Positions 26,585 to 34,719 of a stretch of DNA of 64,000 bases are shown here, piece after piece. The notes below the pieces were generated by a model. The model was not told the origin of the DNA, did not search any database, and saw only the letters and a program-made list of their open reading frames with translations. The first letter of the stretch is position 1. Each line of letters opens with the position of its first letter. This stretch comes from an uncultured Bacteroides sp. (GTDB taxonomy: Bacteria > Bacteroidota > Bacteroidia > Bacteroidales > GCA-2748055), in NCBI GenBank assembly GCA_964453785.1, contig CAYVRK010000013.1, forward strand, positions 25,370 through 89,369, read 5' to 3'. Position numbers and translations under genes: made by a program.

Positions 26585-27285
26585 GAAGAGTGCTGACTGG
26601 AATTCTGTTGATTGTTATGGCTTCGCTGTCCGCACTCCATGCCCAGAATTTTGGATTACAGGCAGGCTTCGGGATGCACGCTTCAAGAATGGATGACATG
26701 AAATACCTCCAGAAATATTTCCTGGAAAGTTACCCTGTAGAGGGAAAAATTATTTCCTCTTTCCCGGTGTATACAATGGGTTCGCTCCGGATCGTAAAAC
26801 AACTCAGTCCGGAGCTGAAAATCGGTGCCGGATATGCTTTGGCTGTCACAGGAGGCAGATCCAATTACACCGACTATACAGGAAATATCAACACCGACAT
26901 GCTGGCCTCTTCTCACCGGCTTGGAGCCTATGTTTCTTATGCGGTGTTCGGTGGTGCATGGTATGACATAGCAGTATTCGGACAACTGGATGCCAACTAT
27001 TCCGTGATGGGTATCACCACCACCCTTTATGTGTTGGGTTACCAGGATGGTGTGGTGTACAAATATACATCCATCACGCCCAGTGGTACCGCAGGATTGG
27101 AGTTCCTCTTTCATCTCAATGACTTTACCATTGGGCTGAACGGAGGGTACCAGGTCGATAAGCCGGGGAAAATGGCAGACCGGGATGGTGGCAATGACCT
27201 GAAGGATCCCAAAAACAGGGAGCGGATCCTGACATCAGACTGGACCGGTTGGATGGCCCAGTTGACAGTGCTGATCTGGTTTTAA
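26581..27285 (+). CDS. Putative small outer-membrane beta-barrel protein
   Basis: 234 aa. Signal peptide (MASLSALHAQ), alternating aromatic/Gly-rich strands, and a C-terminal aromatic residue (...LTVLIWF). Confidence 0.6.
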   Translation: MRRVLTGILLIVMASLSALHAQNFGLQAGFGMHASRMDDMKYLQKYFLESYPVEGKIISSFPVYTMGSLRIVKQLSPELKIGAGYALAVTGGRSNYTDYTGNINTDMLASSHRLGAYVSYAVFGGAWYDIAVFGQLDANYSVMGITTTLYVLGYQDGVVYKYTSITPSGTAGLEFLFHLNDFTIGLNGGYQVDKPGKMADRDGGNDLKDPKNRERILTSDWTGWMAQLTVLIWF

Positions 27286-28088
27286 ATTTCCTGGCTCTGT
27301 CCCTTTCTGATTGTGCTCAGGAAACTTCCTATGTTTTCTTCCAGCGGGCCTTCTTCCGACAGCATACTGATAAATGCACTTCCGATAATAGCACCGCTGG
27401 CATGCTTACAGGCCGATTTGAAGGTTTCCTGACTGGATATTCCAAATCCAACAAGGCCTGGAATCCCCAGATTCATGGCTTTAATTCTGCTGAAGTATTC
27501 CACCTGGTGCTGTTTCACAGATGATCTGGCCCCCGTGGTGGACGAATCAGCCACCAGATAAATGAATCCTCCGGACAGCCGGGCAATGTTGCGAATCCTC
27601 TCCTGAGATGTATGCGGGGTAATCAACAGGGCAAGGTGAACCCCATACCTGTCAAAAAGTCCCATGTATTCAGATTCATATACATCAGGGGGAAGGTCGG
27701 GAATGATCACACCATCGATCCCTGTTTCATGGCACTTCTCAAGGAATGGCTCCATTCCATACTGCATCATCGGATTCAGGTATCCCATCATTACCAGAGG
27801 GATCTGCACCGACCGGCGGATCTCCTGCAACTGCGAGAAAAGCAGTTTCAGGGTCATTCCGTTGGAAAGTGCGACCTGACTGCTCTTCTGGATCACAGGT
27901 CCGTCAGCCAGGGGATCTGAAAAGGGGATTCCGATTTCAACCATATCAGCACCATGCTTCTCCAGGGCTCTCAGGATCTTTACGGTATCATGAAGTTCCG
28001 GGTACCCGGCGGTTATATAGATGGAGAGAATCTCCCCGCTCTTTTCAGAAAACAAGCGGTCAATTCTGTTCATATTCTGATGGCTCAT
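27282..28088 (-). CDS. trpA: Tryptophan synthase alpha chain
   Basis: 268 aa. Motifs [22 protein letters not shown] and GFGIS. Last gene of the trp operon. Confidence 0.95.
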   Translation of the reverse strand: MSHQNMNRIDRLFSEKSGEILSIYITAGYPELHDTVKILRALEKHGADMVEIGIPFSDPLADGPVIQKSSQVALSNGMTLKLLFSQLQEIRRSVQIPLVMMGYLNPMMQYGMEPFLEKCHETGIDGVIIPDLPPDVYESEYMGLFDRYGVHLALLITPHTSQERIRNIARLSGGFIYLVADSSTTGARSSVKQHQVEYFSRIKAMNLGIPGLVGFGISSQETFKSACKHASGAIIGSAFISMLSEEGPLEENIGSFLSTIRKGQSQEI

Positions 28089-29269
28089 AATCCAAGTTTT
28101 TCAATATACGTATCCATGTCTTTATCCCCTCTCCCTGACAGGTTTACCACGACCACATCATCCTTCCTGAAGGTCAGCTTCTCAAGGGCCACCAGCGCAT
28201 GGGCTGACTCCAGCGCAGGAATGATACCCTCCTGGCGCGTGCAAAAAAAGGCAGCTTTCAGGGCTTCATCGTCTGTAGCTGCCAGAACCCTGGCCCTGCC
28301 CGTTCGGGCCAGCCATGCGTGCAGGGGCCCTACCCCGGGGTAGTCGAGTCCGGCCGATATGGAGTAGGGTTCCTCAATCTGACCGTCTTCATCCTGCATC
28401 AGGAGTGTCTTGCTTCCATGGATGATCCCGGAACTGCCCAAAAGGGAGGTAGCGGCCGAATACCCGGAGTCCGTACCCAGTCCGGCTGCTTCCACCGAAA
28501 TCAGGTTCACCCGCGGATCATCCAGGAAATGATAATAGGCGCCGGCAGCATTGCTTCCTCCCCCCACACAGGCAATGATGTAATCGGGGATCTCCCTGCC
28601 GGTTTTTTCAGCAAGCTGGGGCCTCATCTCCGCTGAAATCACCGACTGGAAACGGGTCACCATATCGGGATAGGGATGGGGACCCACCACCGAACCGATA
28701 ATATAGTGGGTATCCACCGGATGGTTGATCCAGTCCCTGATGGCTTCATTGGTTGCATCTTTCAGGGTCTTGTTACCGCTGTGGACAGGGACCACCTCAG
28801 CCCCCAGCATCTGCATCTTCTTCACGTTGGGCGCCTGGCGCTCCACATCCAGGGCACCCATGTACACGATACAATGCAGACCGGAGAGTGCACATACAGT
28901 AGCTGTGGCCACACCATGCTGTCCGGCACCTGTCTCTGCAATGATCCTTTTTTTTCCAAGGTGCCTTGCCAGCAGGATCTGGCCAATGGTATTGTTAATT
29001 TTATGGGCTCCGGTATGGTTGAGATCTTCTCTCTTCAGATAGATATTTGTACCATAATGACCGGAAAGCCGGCCGGCCCTGTACAGGGGTGTGGGGCGGC
29101 CTGCATAGTCCTTTAAAAGCATGGTGAATTCTTCTCTGAACTGGTTCGATTCAATTACGGAAAGGTAATTCTCTTCCAGTTCTTTGATATTGGGGTAAAG
29201 CATTTCAGGGATATAAGCTCCTCCAAAATCTCCGTAAAAGCCTCTTTGATCCACTTGATAATCCATCAT
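28085..29269 (-). CDS. trpB: Tryptophan synthase beta chain
   Basis: 394 aa. PLP-lysine motif [11 protein letters not shown], plus [11 protein letters not shown] and GGGSNAAG. Confidence 0.97.
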   Translation of the reverse strand: MMDYQVDQRGFYGDFGGAYIPEMLYPNIKELEENYLSVIESNQFREEFTMLLKDYAGRPTPLYRAGRLSGHYGTNIYLKREDLNHTGAHKINNTIGQILLARHLGKKRIIAETGAGQHGVATATVCALSGLHCIVYMGALDVERQAPNVKKMQMLGAEVVPVHSGNKTLKDATNEAIRDWINHPVDTHYIIGSVVGPHPYPDMVTRFQSVISAEMRPQLAEKTGREIPDYIIACVGGGSNAAGAYYHFLDDPRVNLISVEAAGLGTDSGYSAATSLLGSSGIIHGSKTLLMQDEDGQIEEPYSISAGLDYPGVGPLHAWLARTGRARVLAATDDEALKAAFFCTRQEGIIPALESAHALVALEKLTFRKDDVVVVNLSGRGDKDMDTYIEKLGL

Positions 29270-29926
29270 TCAGTCTTTTCTAATTTCTCTCATAAAATTC
29301 TCGAGCTGCTTCACATTTTTTACTCCGGGTTCAAGCTCAAACCGGCTGTTCACATCCACGCCATGGAACCACATCTGATCCAGATTCATGATTGCAGCTC
29401 CGTCGTGAGGACCAATCCCCCCACTCAGCAGGAAAGGAACGGGGAGGGAATATCCTTCCAACAGGTCCCAGTTGAATTTCCTTCCCGTTCCCCCATGGCC
29501 TTTGCCGGGTGTGTCAAACAGGAAGTAGTGTACCACACCGTAATATGCCTTCAATGCATCCTGATTCCCCAGCACCTCAGGATCAAGAGCCTTGATCACA
29601 TGGACTCCTTCATTCACAAGCGATTTACAGTAATCCGGTGTCTCATTTCCGTGAAGCTGCACCATATCAAGCCAGCCCGATTCCACAATTCGCTTGACCG
29701 ACATAAGCGGTTCATTCACAAAAACGCCCACTCGTGTTATACTGTTATCCGGGATACCAAACAGAACAGGGTCCGGCTGATCTCCCACAAACCTTCGGGA
29801 ACCCCTGAAAAAAATATATCCGACAAAATCAGGCCTCAGGATGCAAACCTCTTCCAGGTTTCCAGCGTCCTTCATCCCGCATACTTTTATTTTCAGAGAA
29901 TCAGCCATGGCGTCGAATGTTGTCAA
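29270..29926 (-). CDS. trpF: Phosphoribosylanthranilate isomerase
   Basis: 218 aa. KVCGM at the N-terminus, QLHGNE, and operon position between trpC and trpB. Confidence 0.92.
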   Translation of the reverse strand: MTTFDAMADSLKIKVCGMKDAGNLEEVCILRPDFVGYIFFRGSRRFVGDQPDPVLFGIPDNSITRVGVFVNEPLMSVKRIVESGWLDMVQLHGNETPDYCKSLVNEGVHVIKALDPEVLGNQDALKAYYGVVHYFLFDTPGKGHGGTGRKFNWDLLEGYSLPVPFLLSGGIGPHDGAAIMNLDQMWFHGVDVNSRFELEPGVKNVKQLENFMREIRKD

Positions 29927-30692
29927 TAAATGTCCTGCACTCCAGTCCCGGTTCGGTTCCTTTCATAAAAGTTTCACCCACCAGGAAAAGCCTGAATCCT
30001 GCCATTGAAAGCTTCAGTATCTCATCAGGTATGCTGATGCCGCTTTCCGATACCGGTACAACCCCAGGGGGCATTTTACCTATCAACGCAAGACTCCGGT
30101 TTGTATCCACCCTGAAGGTTGTCAGATCGCGGTTGTTTACTCCGACGTACTGAATAGAGGAATCATATTTTTCAAGTTCCTCCTCCGCGTGTACTTCAAA
30201 CAACACATGAAGTCCCAGGGAACGGGCTACACCAGCCAGATCAGCCACCTCCTGCTTTTCCAGGATGGCAGCAATGAGAAGAATAACATCCGCCCCACAG
30301 GCACTTGCTTCGTGGACCTGGTAAGAGTCGATGATAAAGTCCTTTTTAAGCAAAGGGAGATCAGGAAGTGTACTCCTGACCTCCGTCAGGTCATTCATTG
30401 AGCCTCCAAAGAAATGTTGGTCTGTCAATATACTCATGGCTGCAACACCTGCAGAACTGTAACCACTGGCCACTTCAACCGGGTTTGCATTCTCGTTGAT
30501 AGGTCCTCTTGATGGTGATCTTCGCTTGAATTCAGCAATAATTCCAATCCCCTGCCCTGGTTCCGGAAGTTCAATGGCATTGGTCTCCCTCCTGTAAAAC
30601 TGTGATACAGCGAGTTTTGACAAGGGTGTGCCCTTCTTCCTTTTCAGCACTTCAATCCTCTTATGTGCCACAATGGCATCCAGAATATTCAT
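29901..30692 (-). CDS. trpC: Indole-3-glycerol phosphate synthase
   Basis: 263 aa. Motifs IIAEFKRRSPSRG, LLKKDFIID and GVNNRDL. Confidence 0.94.
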   Translation of the reverse strand: MNILDAIVAHKRIEVLKRKKGTPLSKLAVSQFYRRETNAIELPEPGQGIGIIAEFKRRSPSRGPINENANPVEVASGYSSAGVAAMSILTDQHFFGGSMNDLTEVRSTLPDLPLLKKDFIIDSYQVHEASACGADVILLIAAILEKQEVADLAGVARSLGLHVLFEVHAEEELEKYDSSIQYVGVNNRDLTTFRVDTNRSLALIGKMPPGVVPVSESGISIPDEILKLSMAGFRLFLVGETFMKGTEPGLECRTFIDNIRRHG

Positions 30693-31684
30693 GACACTCC
30701 CTCCACCAGCAGTTTAAAAGCTTTCAGGGCTGCACCCGACTCCAGTGATTGCCTCGCCCTCTCGATCCCGCTGACCAGCCCCTTGCTTTCATCCATACAA
30801 TAGAGTGCAAAAGCAGCATTGGCAATCACCACATCATTCTGGGCTCTATTCCCTTTGCCTTCGAGTATCTTCAGGAATATCCCTGCTGCTTTCTCTACGG
30901 TTGAACCGCCAAAGATCTGATCCGCAGTTACCCGGTTCAGACCCAGGTCTCCCGGGGAAAGTGTTCTCTCGGTCAGCATGGTAAAGGATTTAAACTGCCC
31001 TGTAAGGGAAATCTCATCATATCCGTCCAGCGAGTGAATAATGCAATACTTCTTGTCCGATTCCTGGTATAGATAGTTGTAGAGCCTCGCCACATCGAGG
31101 CTGAAGACCCCCACCATCTGGTTTTGTGGAAAGGACGGGTTGACCATGGGTCCGAGCATGTTAAAGAATGTTTTGATCCTTAAACTCCTCCGCACCGGAG
31201 CCACGTTCTTCATGGCAGGATTAAAAAGGGGCGCATGCAGAAAACAGATGTTACAGCGGTCCATCTCCCTTTTCAATCTGTCACTGTCACTGGTAAATTT
31301 ATAACCGAAATACTCCAGTACATTGGAAGAGCCGCATGCCGATGAGACACTGTAATTCCCATGTTTGGCTACTTTCTCTCCGGCTCCGGCCACGACAAAG
31401 GAGGTGAGTGTTGAGATATTAAACGTATTCTTCTCATCCCCGCCCGTGCCACATACATCGATGGTATTGAATTCTGAAAGGTCAACGGGTGTACACAGTT
31501 CGAGCAGGGCATCCCGGAATCCGGCGAGTTCTTCCACTGTAATACTCCTCATCAGATAAACCGAAATGAAAGCGGCAATCTCCGCATCATTATAATTTCC
31601 CTGTGCCATGTTTGTAAGGACAAATTTGGCATCCTCTTTTCCCAGGGTCTTATGGTCGAACAGGTACTGTAAGGTCTCTTTCAT
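30689..31684 (-). CDS. trpD: Anthranilate phosphoribosyltransferase
   Basis: 331 aa. Motifs DVCGTGGDEKNTFNIST and KHGN. Confidence 0.95.
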   Translation of the reverse strand: MKETLQYLFDHKTLGKEDAKFVLTNMAQGNYNDAEIAAFISVYLMRSITVEELAGFRDALLELCTPVDLSEFNTIDVCGTGGDEKNTFNISTLTSFVVAGAGEKVAKHGNYSVSSACGSSNVLEYFGYKFTSDSDRLKREMDRCNICFLHAPLFNPAMKNVAPVRRSLRIKTFFNMLGPMVNPSFPQNQMVGVFSLDVARLYNYLYQESDKKYCIIHSLDGYDEISLTGQFKSFTMLTERTLSPGDLGLNRVTADQIFGGSTVEKAAGIFLKILEGKGNRAQNDVVIANAAFALYCMDESKGLVSGIERARQSLESGAALKAFKLLVEGVS

Positions 31685-31688
31685 ACTT

Positions 31689-32282
31689 TTACCTTTTTCC
31701 TTTCACCCAGTTTAATATGATCCTTCCCCCGTATTCAGTCAGCACAGATTCGGGGTGAAACTGAACACCCCTGACATCATACTCCTTGTGCCGGAGAGCC
31801 ATGATGTAACCTTCATCATTTTCCACCGTGACTTCCAATGCCTCCGGTAAAGTCTCCGGTTCCACCACCCAGGAATGATACCTACCGGCATCAAATTCCA
31901 CGGGAACTCCCTCCAGCAGGTAATCCCCGGGAATAATCTGTTTCATCTGCCCTATCACACCGTGGTACACAGTGGAAAGGTTTGCAATGGATCCGCCAAA
32001 AGCTTCGGCAATGGCCTGATGGCCCAGGCATACGCCAAGAATACTTTTCGTGGGACCATACCTCCTGATTAGTTCCAGGGTGATTCCCGCCTCTTCAGGA
32101 ATCCCGGGGCCCGGACTGATGAGAATTTTGTCATAGCCGCCGATCTCTTCCAGGGAAATCCGGTCATTTCTGAAAACATCCACCGGACTTTTAAGCACCC
32201 GTTCGATATACTGGACCAGGTTGTAGGTAAATGAATCGTAGTTATCCAGAACCAATATCTTCATCTGCTTTCTATTTATCAC
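31689..32282 (-). CDS. trpG: Anthranilate synthase component II (glutamine amidotransferase)
   Basis: 197 aa. ILVLDNYDSFTYNLVQY, the catalytic Cys motif GVCLGHQ, and HPES. Confidence 0.95.
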   Translation of the reverse strand: MINRKQMKILVLDNYDSFTYNLVQYIERVLKSPVDVFRNDRISLEEIGGYDKILISPGPGIPEEAGITLELIRRYGPTKSILGVCLGHQAIAEAFGGSIANLSTVYHGVIGQMKQIIPGDYLLEGVPVEFDAGRYHSWVVEPETLPEALEVTVENDEGYIMALRHKEYDVRGVQFHPESVLTEYGGRIILNWVKGKR

Positions 32283-33690
32283 TGTTTATTTTCCGTGCCA
32301 TTTCAATGGCCGATTTCAGGGCTGCCAGTTTGTTGTTTACTTCCTGAAGTTCACCCTCCTCGGTAGATTCAGAAACAATTCCCGCACCAGCCTGATAATA
32401 GAGCACATGATCGCGTGAAAGGAACGAACGGATCATGATGGCATGATTGATATCCCCGTTAAACCGTATAAAACCGATGGTCCCGCCGTAGTAACCCCTC
32501 CTCTTCCCTTCGTATTTATCGATAAGTTCCATGGCCTTATACTTGGGAGCGCCCGATAGGGTACCGGCCGGAAACGACTCGGCCATGATCCTGATGGTAT
32601 TGGCCTCCTCCGGAAGTGTTCCTGAAACCTTGGAGACCATATGGATCACATGTGAATAGAACTGAATCTCACGATAAAACTCAACCGTCACTTTGCTGGT
32701 TGTCCGGCTCAGATCATTCCTTGCCAGATCCACCAGCATCACATGCTCTGCATTTTCCTTGTCATCCGCAGCCAGTTTTTTGGCCAGCTCCTGATCCTCC
32801 CGGTCATTCCCTGTCCTTCTGAAGGTTCCTGCAATGGGATTGATATAGGCTTTCCCTTGCTTGACCTCGATTTGCGCTTCCGGTGAGGAGCCAAACAATT
32901 TGTAACTGCCGTAATCAAAATAGAAGAGGTAGGGAGAGGGATTGATAGAACGCAGTGCCCTGTAAACATTAAATTCATCACCGGTAAAAGACTGGTAGAA
33001 CTGGCGTGAAAGTACGATCTGGAAAACATCGCCCCGAAAACAATGTTCTTTTCCTTTCACAACCATGTGGCGGTACTCTTCATCGGTCAGGTTGGATGAT
33101 TCAGATCCTGTGACCCCAAAAACATAGGTAGCTATATTCCGGTTATGGAGCAGGGATGTCACCGAGTCAATTTCACTCTCCCCTCCGTTTACAATATTCT
33201 CAAACAAAAGCAACTCATTGGTCAGATGGTTGATGGCAAGTACATACCGGAAAAAATTGTACCTGATCTCCGGTATCTCCTCCTTTTCGGGCATGGGAGA
33301 TGTGAACGAAATATCCTCAAAATACTGGACAGCATCATAGGTGGAATAACCAAACACGCCGTCCACCATCATATCCTTCCCGCCGGCAGTGACATCAAAA
33401 GATGATACAAAAGCATTCAACTGATCCACTGCATTATTTTCTTCCGATATGATGGTCTGAAGCGGTTCCTCCCCGGGAAGCATGATCATTGCCATCCCGT
33501 TATGAACCTGGAATTCTGCCAGCGGGTCCATGCAGATAAAGGAGAAGGAGTTCTCCTTGCTGTGATAATCCGAACTTTCAAGGAGCAGCGACCCCGGGTA
33601 AATATCTCTCATTTTCAGGTAAATGCTCACTGGTGTGATGATGTCTGCCAGAATTTTTCTGGATTCGACTCTGACTGGTATTTTCTTCAT
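32272..33690 (-). CDS. trpE: Anthranilate synthase component I
   Basis: The track ORF extends to 33756 through the leader terminator. The ATG at 33690 (MKKIPVRVESRKILADIITPVSIYLK) is the homologous start. Chorismate-binding motifs are GYYGG and GAGIV. Confidence 0.95.
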   Translation of the reverse strand: MKKIPVRVESRKILADIITPVSIYLKMRDIYPGSLLLESSDYHSKENSFSFICMDPLAEFQVHNGMAMIMLPGEEPLQTIISEENNAVDQLNAFVSSFDVTAGGKDMMVDGVFGYSTYDAVQYFEDISFTSPMPEKEEIPEIRYNFFRYVLAINHLTNELLLFENIVNGGESEIDSVTSLLHNRNIATYVFGVTGSESSNLTDEEYRHMVVKGKEHCFRGDVFQIVLSRQFYQSFTGDEFNVYRALRSINPSPYLFYFDYGSYKLFGSSPEAQIEVKQGKAYINPIAGTFRRTGNDREDQELAKKLAADDKENAEHVMLVDLARNDLSRTTSKVTVEFYREIQFYSHVIHMVSKVSGTLPEEANTIRIMAESFPAGTLSGAPKYKAMELIDKYEGKRRGYYGGTIGFIRFNGDINHAIMIRSFLSRDHVLYYQAGAGIVSESTEEGELQEVNNKLAALKSAIEMARKINSDK

Positions 33691-33707
33691 TTCTGTTGTT
33701 TTAAGAC

Positions 33708-33737
33708 AAAAAAAAAAGCTTCCGCCGAAGTGGAAGC
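33708..33737 (-). terminator. Intrinsic terminator (attenuator) 17 nt upstream of the trpE start codon
   Basis: The minus-strand RNA reads GCUUCC-A-C-UUCG-G-C-GGAAGC followed by U10. That is a 6-bp GC-rich stem plus a C-G pair closing a UUCG tetraloop, then GUCUUAAAACAACAGAA and the AUG. Confidence 0.8.
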
Positions 33738-33769
33738 CCTTTATTTTATGATGCACAAAGAGGCAGATC

Positions 33770-33829
33770 CTAATCTCCGGCTTGTCGGAAAAAAGTTTGC
33801 CACCACCAATTTGTGCGAATCTGTATCAT
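33770..33829 (-). CDS. trp operon leader peptide (19 aa) with three consecutive Trp codons
   Basis: My minus-strand translation: ATG ATA CAG ATT CGC ACA AAT TGG TGG TGG CAA ACT TTT TTC CGA CAA GCC GGA GAT TAG = MIQIRTNWWWQTFFRQAGD*. The TGG codons occupy 33808..33800. The stop codon lies 32 nt upstream of the terminator stem. Confidence 0.75.
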   Translation of the reverse strand: MIQIRTNWWWQTFFRQAGD

Positions 33830-33919
33830 GTTCAATTATTATTCAGGGTCAAAATAAAAGAAAGATTTCTATTATTCCAAATTTGATTACTTTCATCCAA
33901 CTGATATAAATGGTTACAA

Positions 33920-34687
33920 ATGGACAATAAATACCTTAGGAACGCCGTGCTTTTTTTCACCATCTGGGTGATTGTCATGGTAATCTATTCTTTGTCAGGT
34001 AAAGTAACGGATTTCGAATACCTCTGGAAATTTTTTCTTTTTCCCGGCCTTTTTCTTTCCGGAATTGCACTCCTGGCAACTGGATTTTCACAACTCTTCC
34101 GGGTAAAAAAAGGGATCAACTGGCTCTTTCTGGTTGCAGCAGTTGGCATGGATCAGGGCATCAAAGCGATTCTGTTCTCCCTGGAATGGGAAACCATGTC
34201 CATTCCCCTGATCCCTCCCGTATTCTATATTCAACCCACCCAAAACACACTGGGTTCATACCTGTGGGTGCTGCTTGGCCTCAAGGATGGTTCTCATCTG
34301 CTGAACATCATCCTGTTCAGTATCATCGGAATTGTATTCATTGAGGTGTGGCGGTTTTATGTGAAACGAAAAAGGAACAGTTTCTGGATCAATGGTTTCA
34401 TACACCTGTTTCTGGCGGGGCTTGCAGCCAACCTGATTGATAATGCCTTCTGGGGTGGGTCTCTGGACTACCTGACCATCAAGCCATTCTACACCTTCGA
34501 CCTGAAGGATCTATACATCACCCTTTGTGAGCTCTTCCTGATCACCGAACTGATTGACAATAGCTTGCTAAAACGATTTTTGAAAATGCCCAAAGCGGAC
34601 AGCAAAAGAATCAACAGGGATTTTATCCAATTTGTAAAAAGGGATTTCCGGCTTGGAAAGAAAAATGGTGGTGACAAGAATACCTGA
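33920..34687 (+). CDS. Polytopic membrane protein, divergent signal-peptidase-II (LspA, peptidase A8)-like
   Basis: 255 aa with about 5-6 TM helices. LAGLAANLIDNAFWGGSLDYL...FYTFDLKDLYITL resembles the two Asp-containing LspA motifs (GNLIDR...VVDF...FNxAD). The assignment is by eye only. Confidence 0.5.
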   Translation: MDNKYLRNAVLFFTIWVIVMVIYSLSGKVTDFEYLWKFFLFPGLFLSGIALLATGFSQLFRVKKGINWLFLVAAVGMDQGIKAILFSLEWETMSIPLIPPVFYIQPTQNTLGSYLWVLLGLKDGSHLLNIILFSIIGIVFIEVWRFYVKRKRNSFWINGFIHLFLAGLAANLIDNAFWGGSLDYLTIKPFYTFDLKDLYITLCELFLITELIDNSLLKRFLKMPKADSKRINRDFIQFVKRDFRLGKKNGGDKNT

Positions 34688-34719
34688 ATGTTGGGATGCA
34701 GCATTTGGAATGAAAGCAC

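Noticed and set aside
29246-29929. 227-aa + strand ORF exactly opposite trpF
   Set aside because: The minus-strand frame fits the operon context and has TrpF motifs (KVCGM, QLHGNE). The + frame has none.
33691-33756. N-terminal extension of trpE in the track (MHHKIKGFHFGGSFFFCLKTTE...)
   Set aside because: The extension is the translation of the terminator hairpin and U-tract of the leader. Homology begins at the ATG at 33690.
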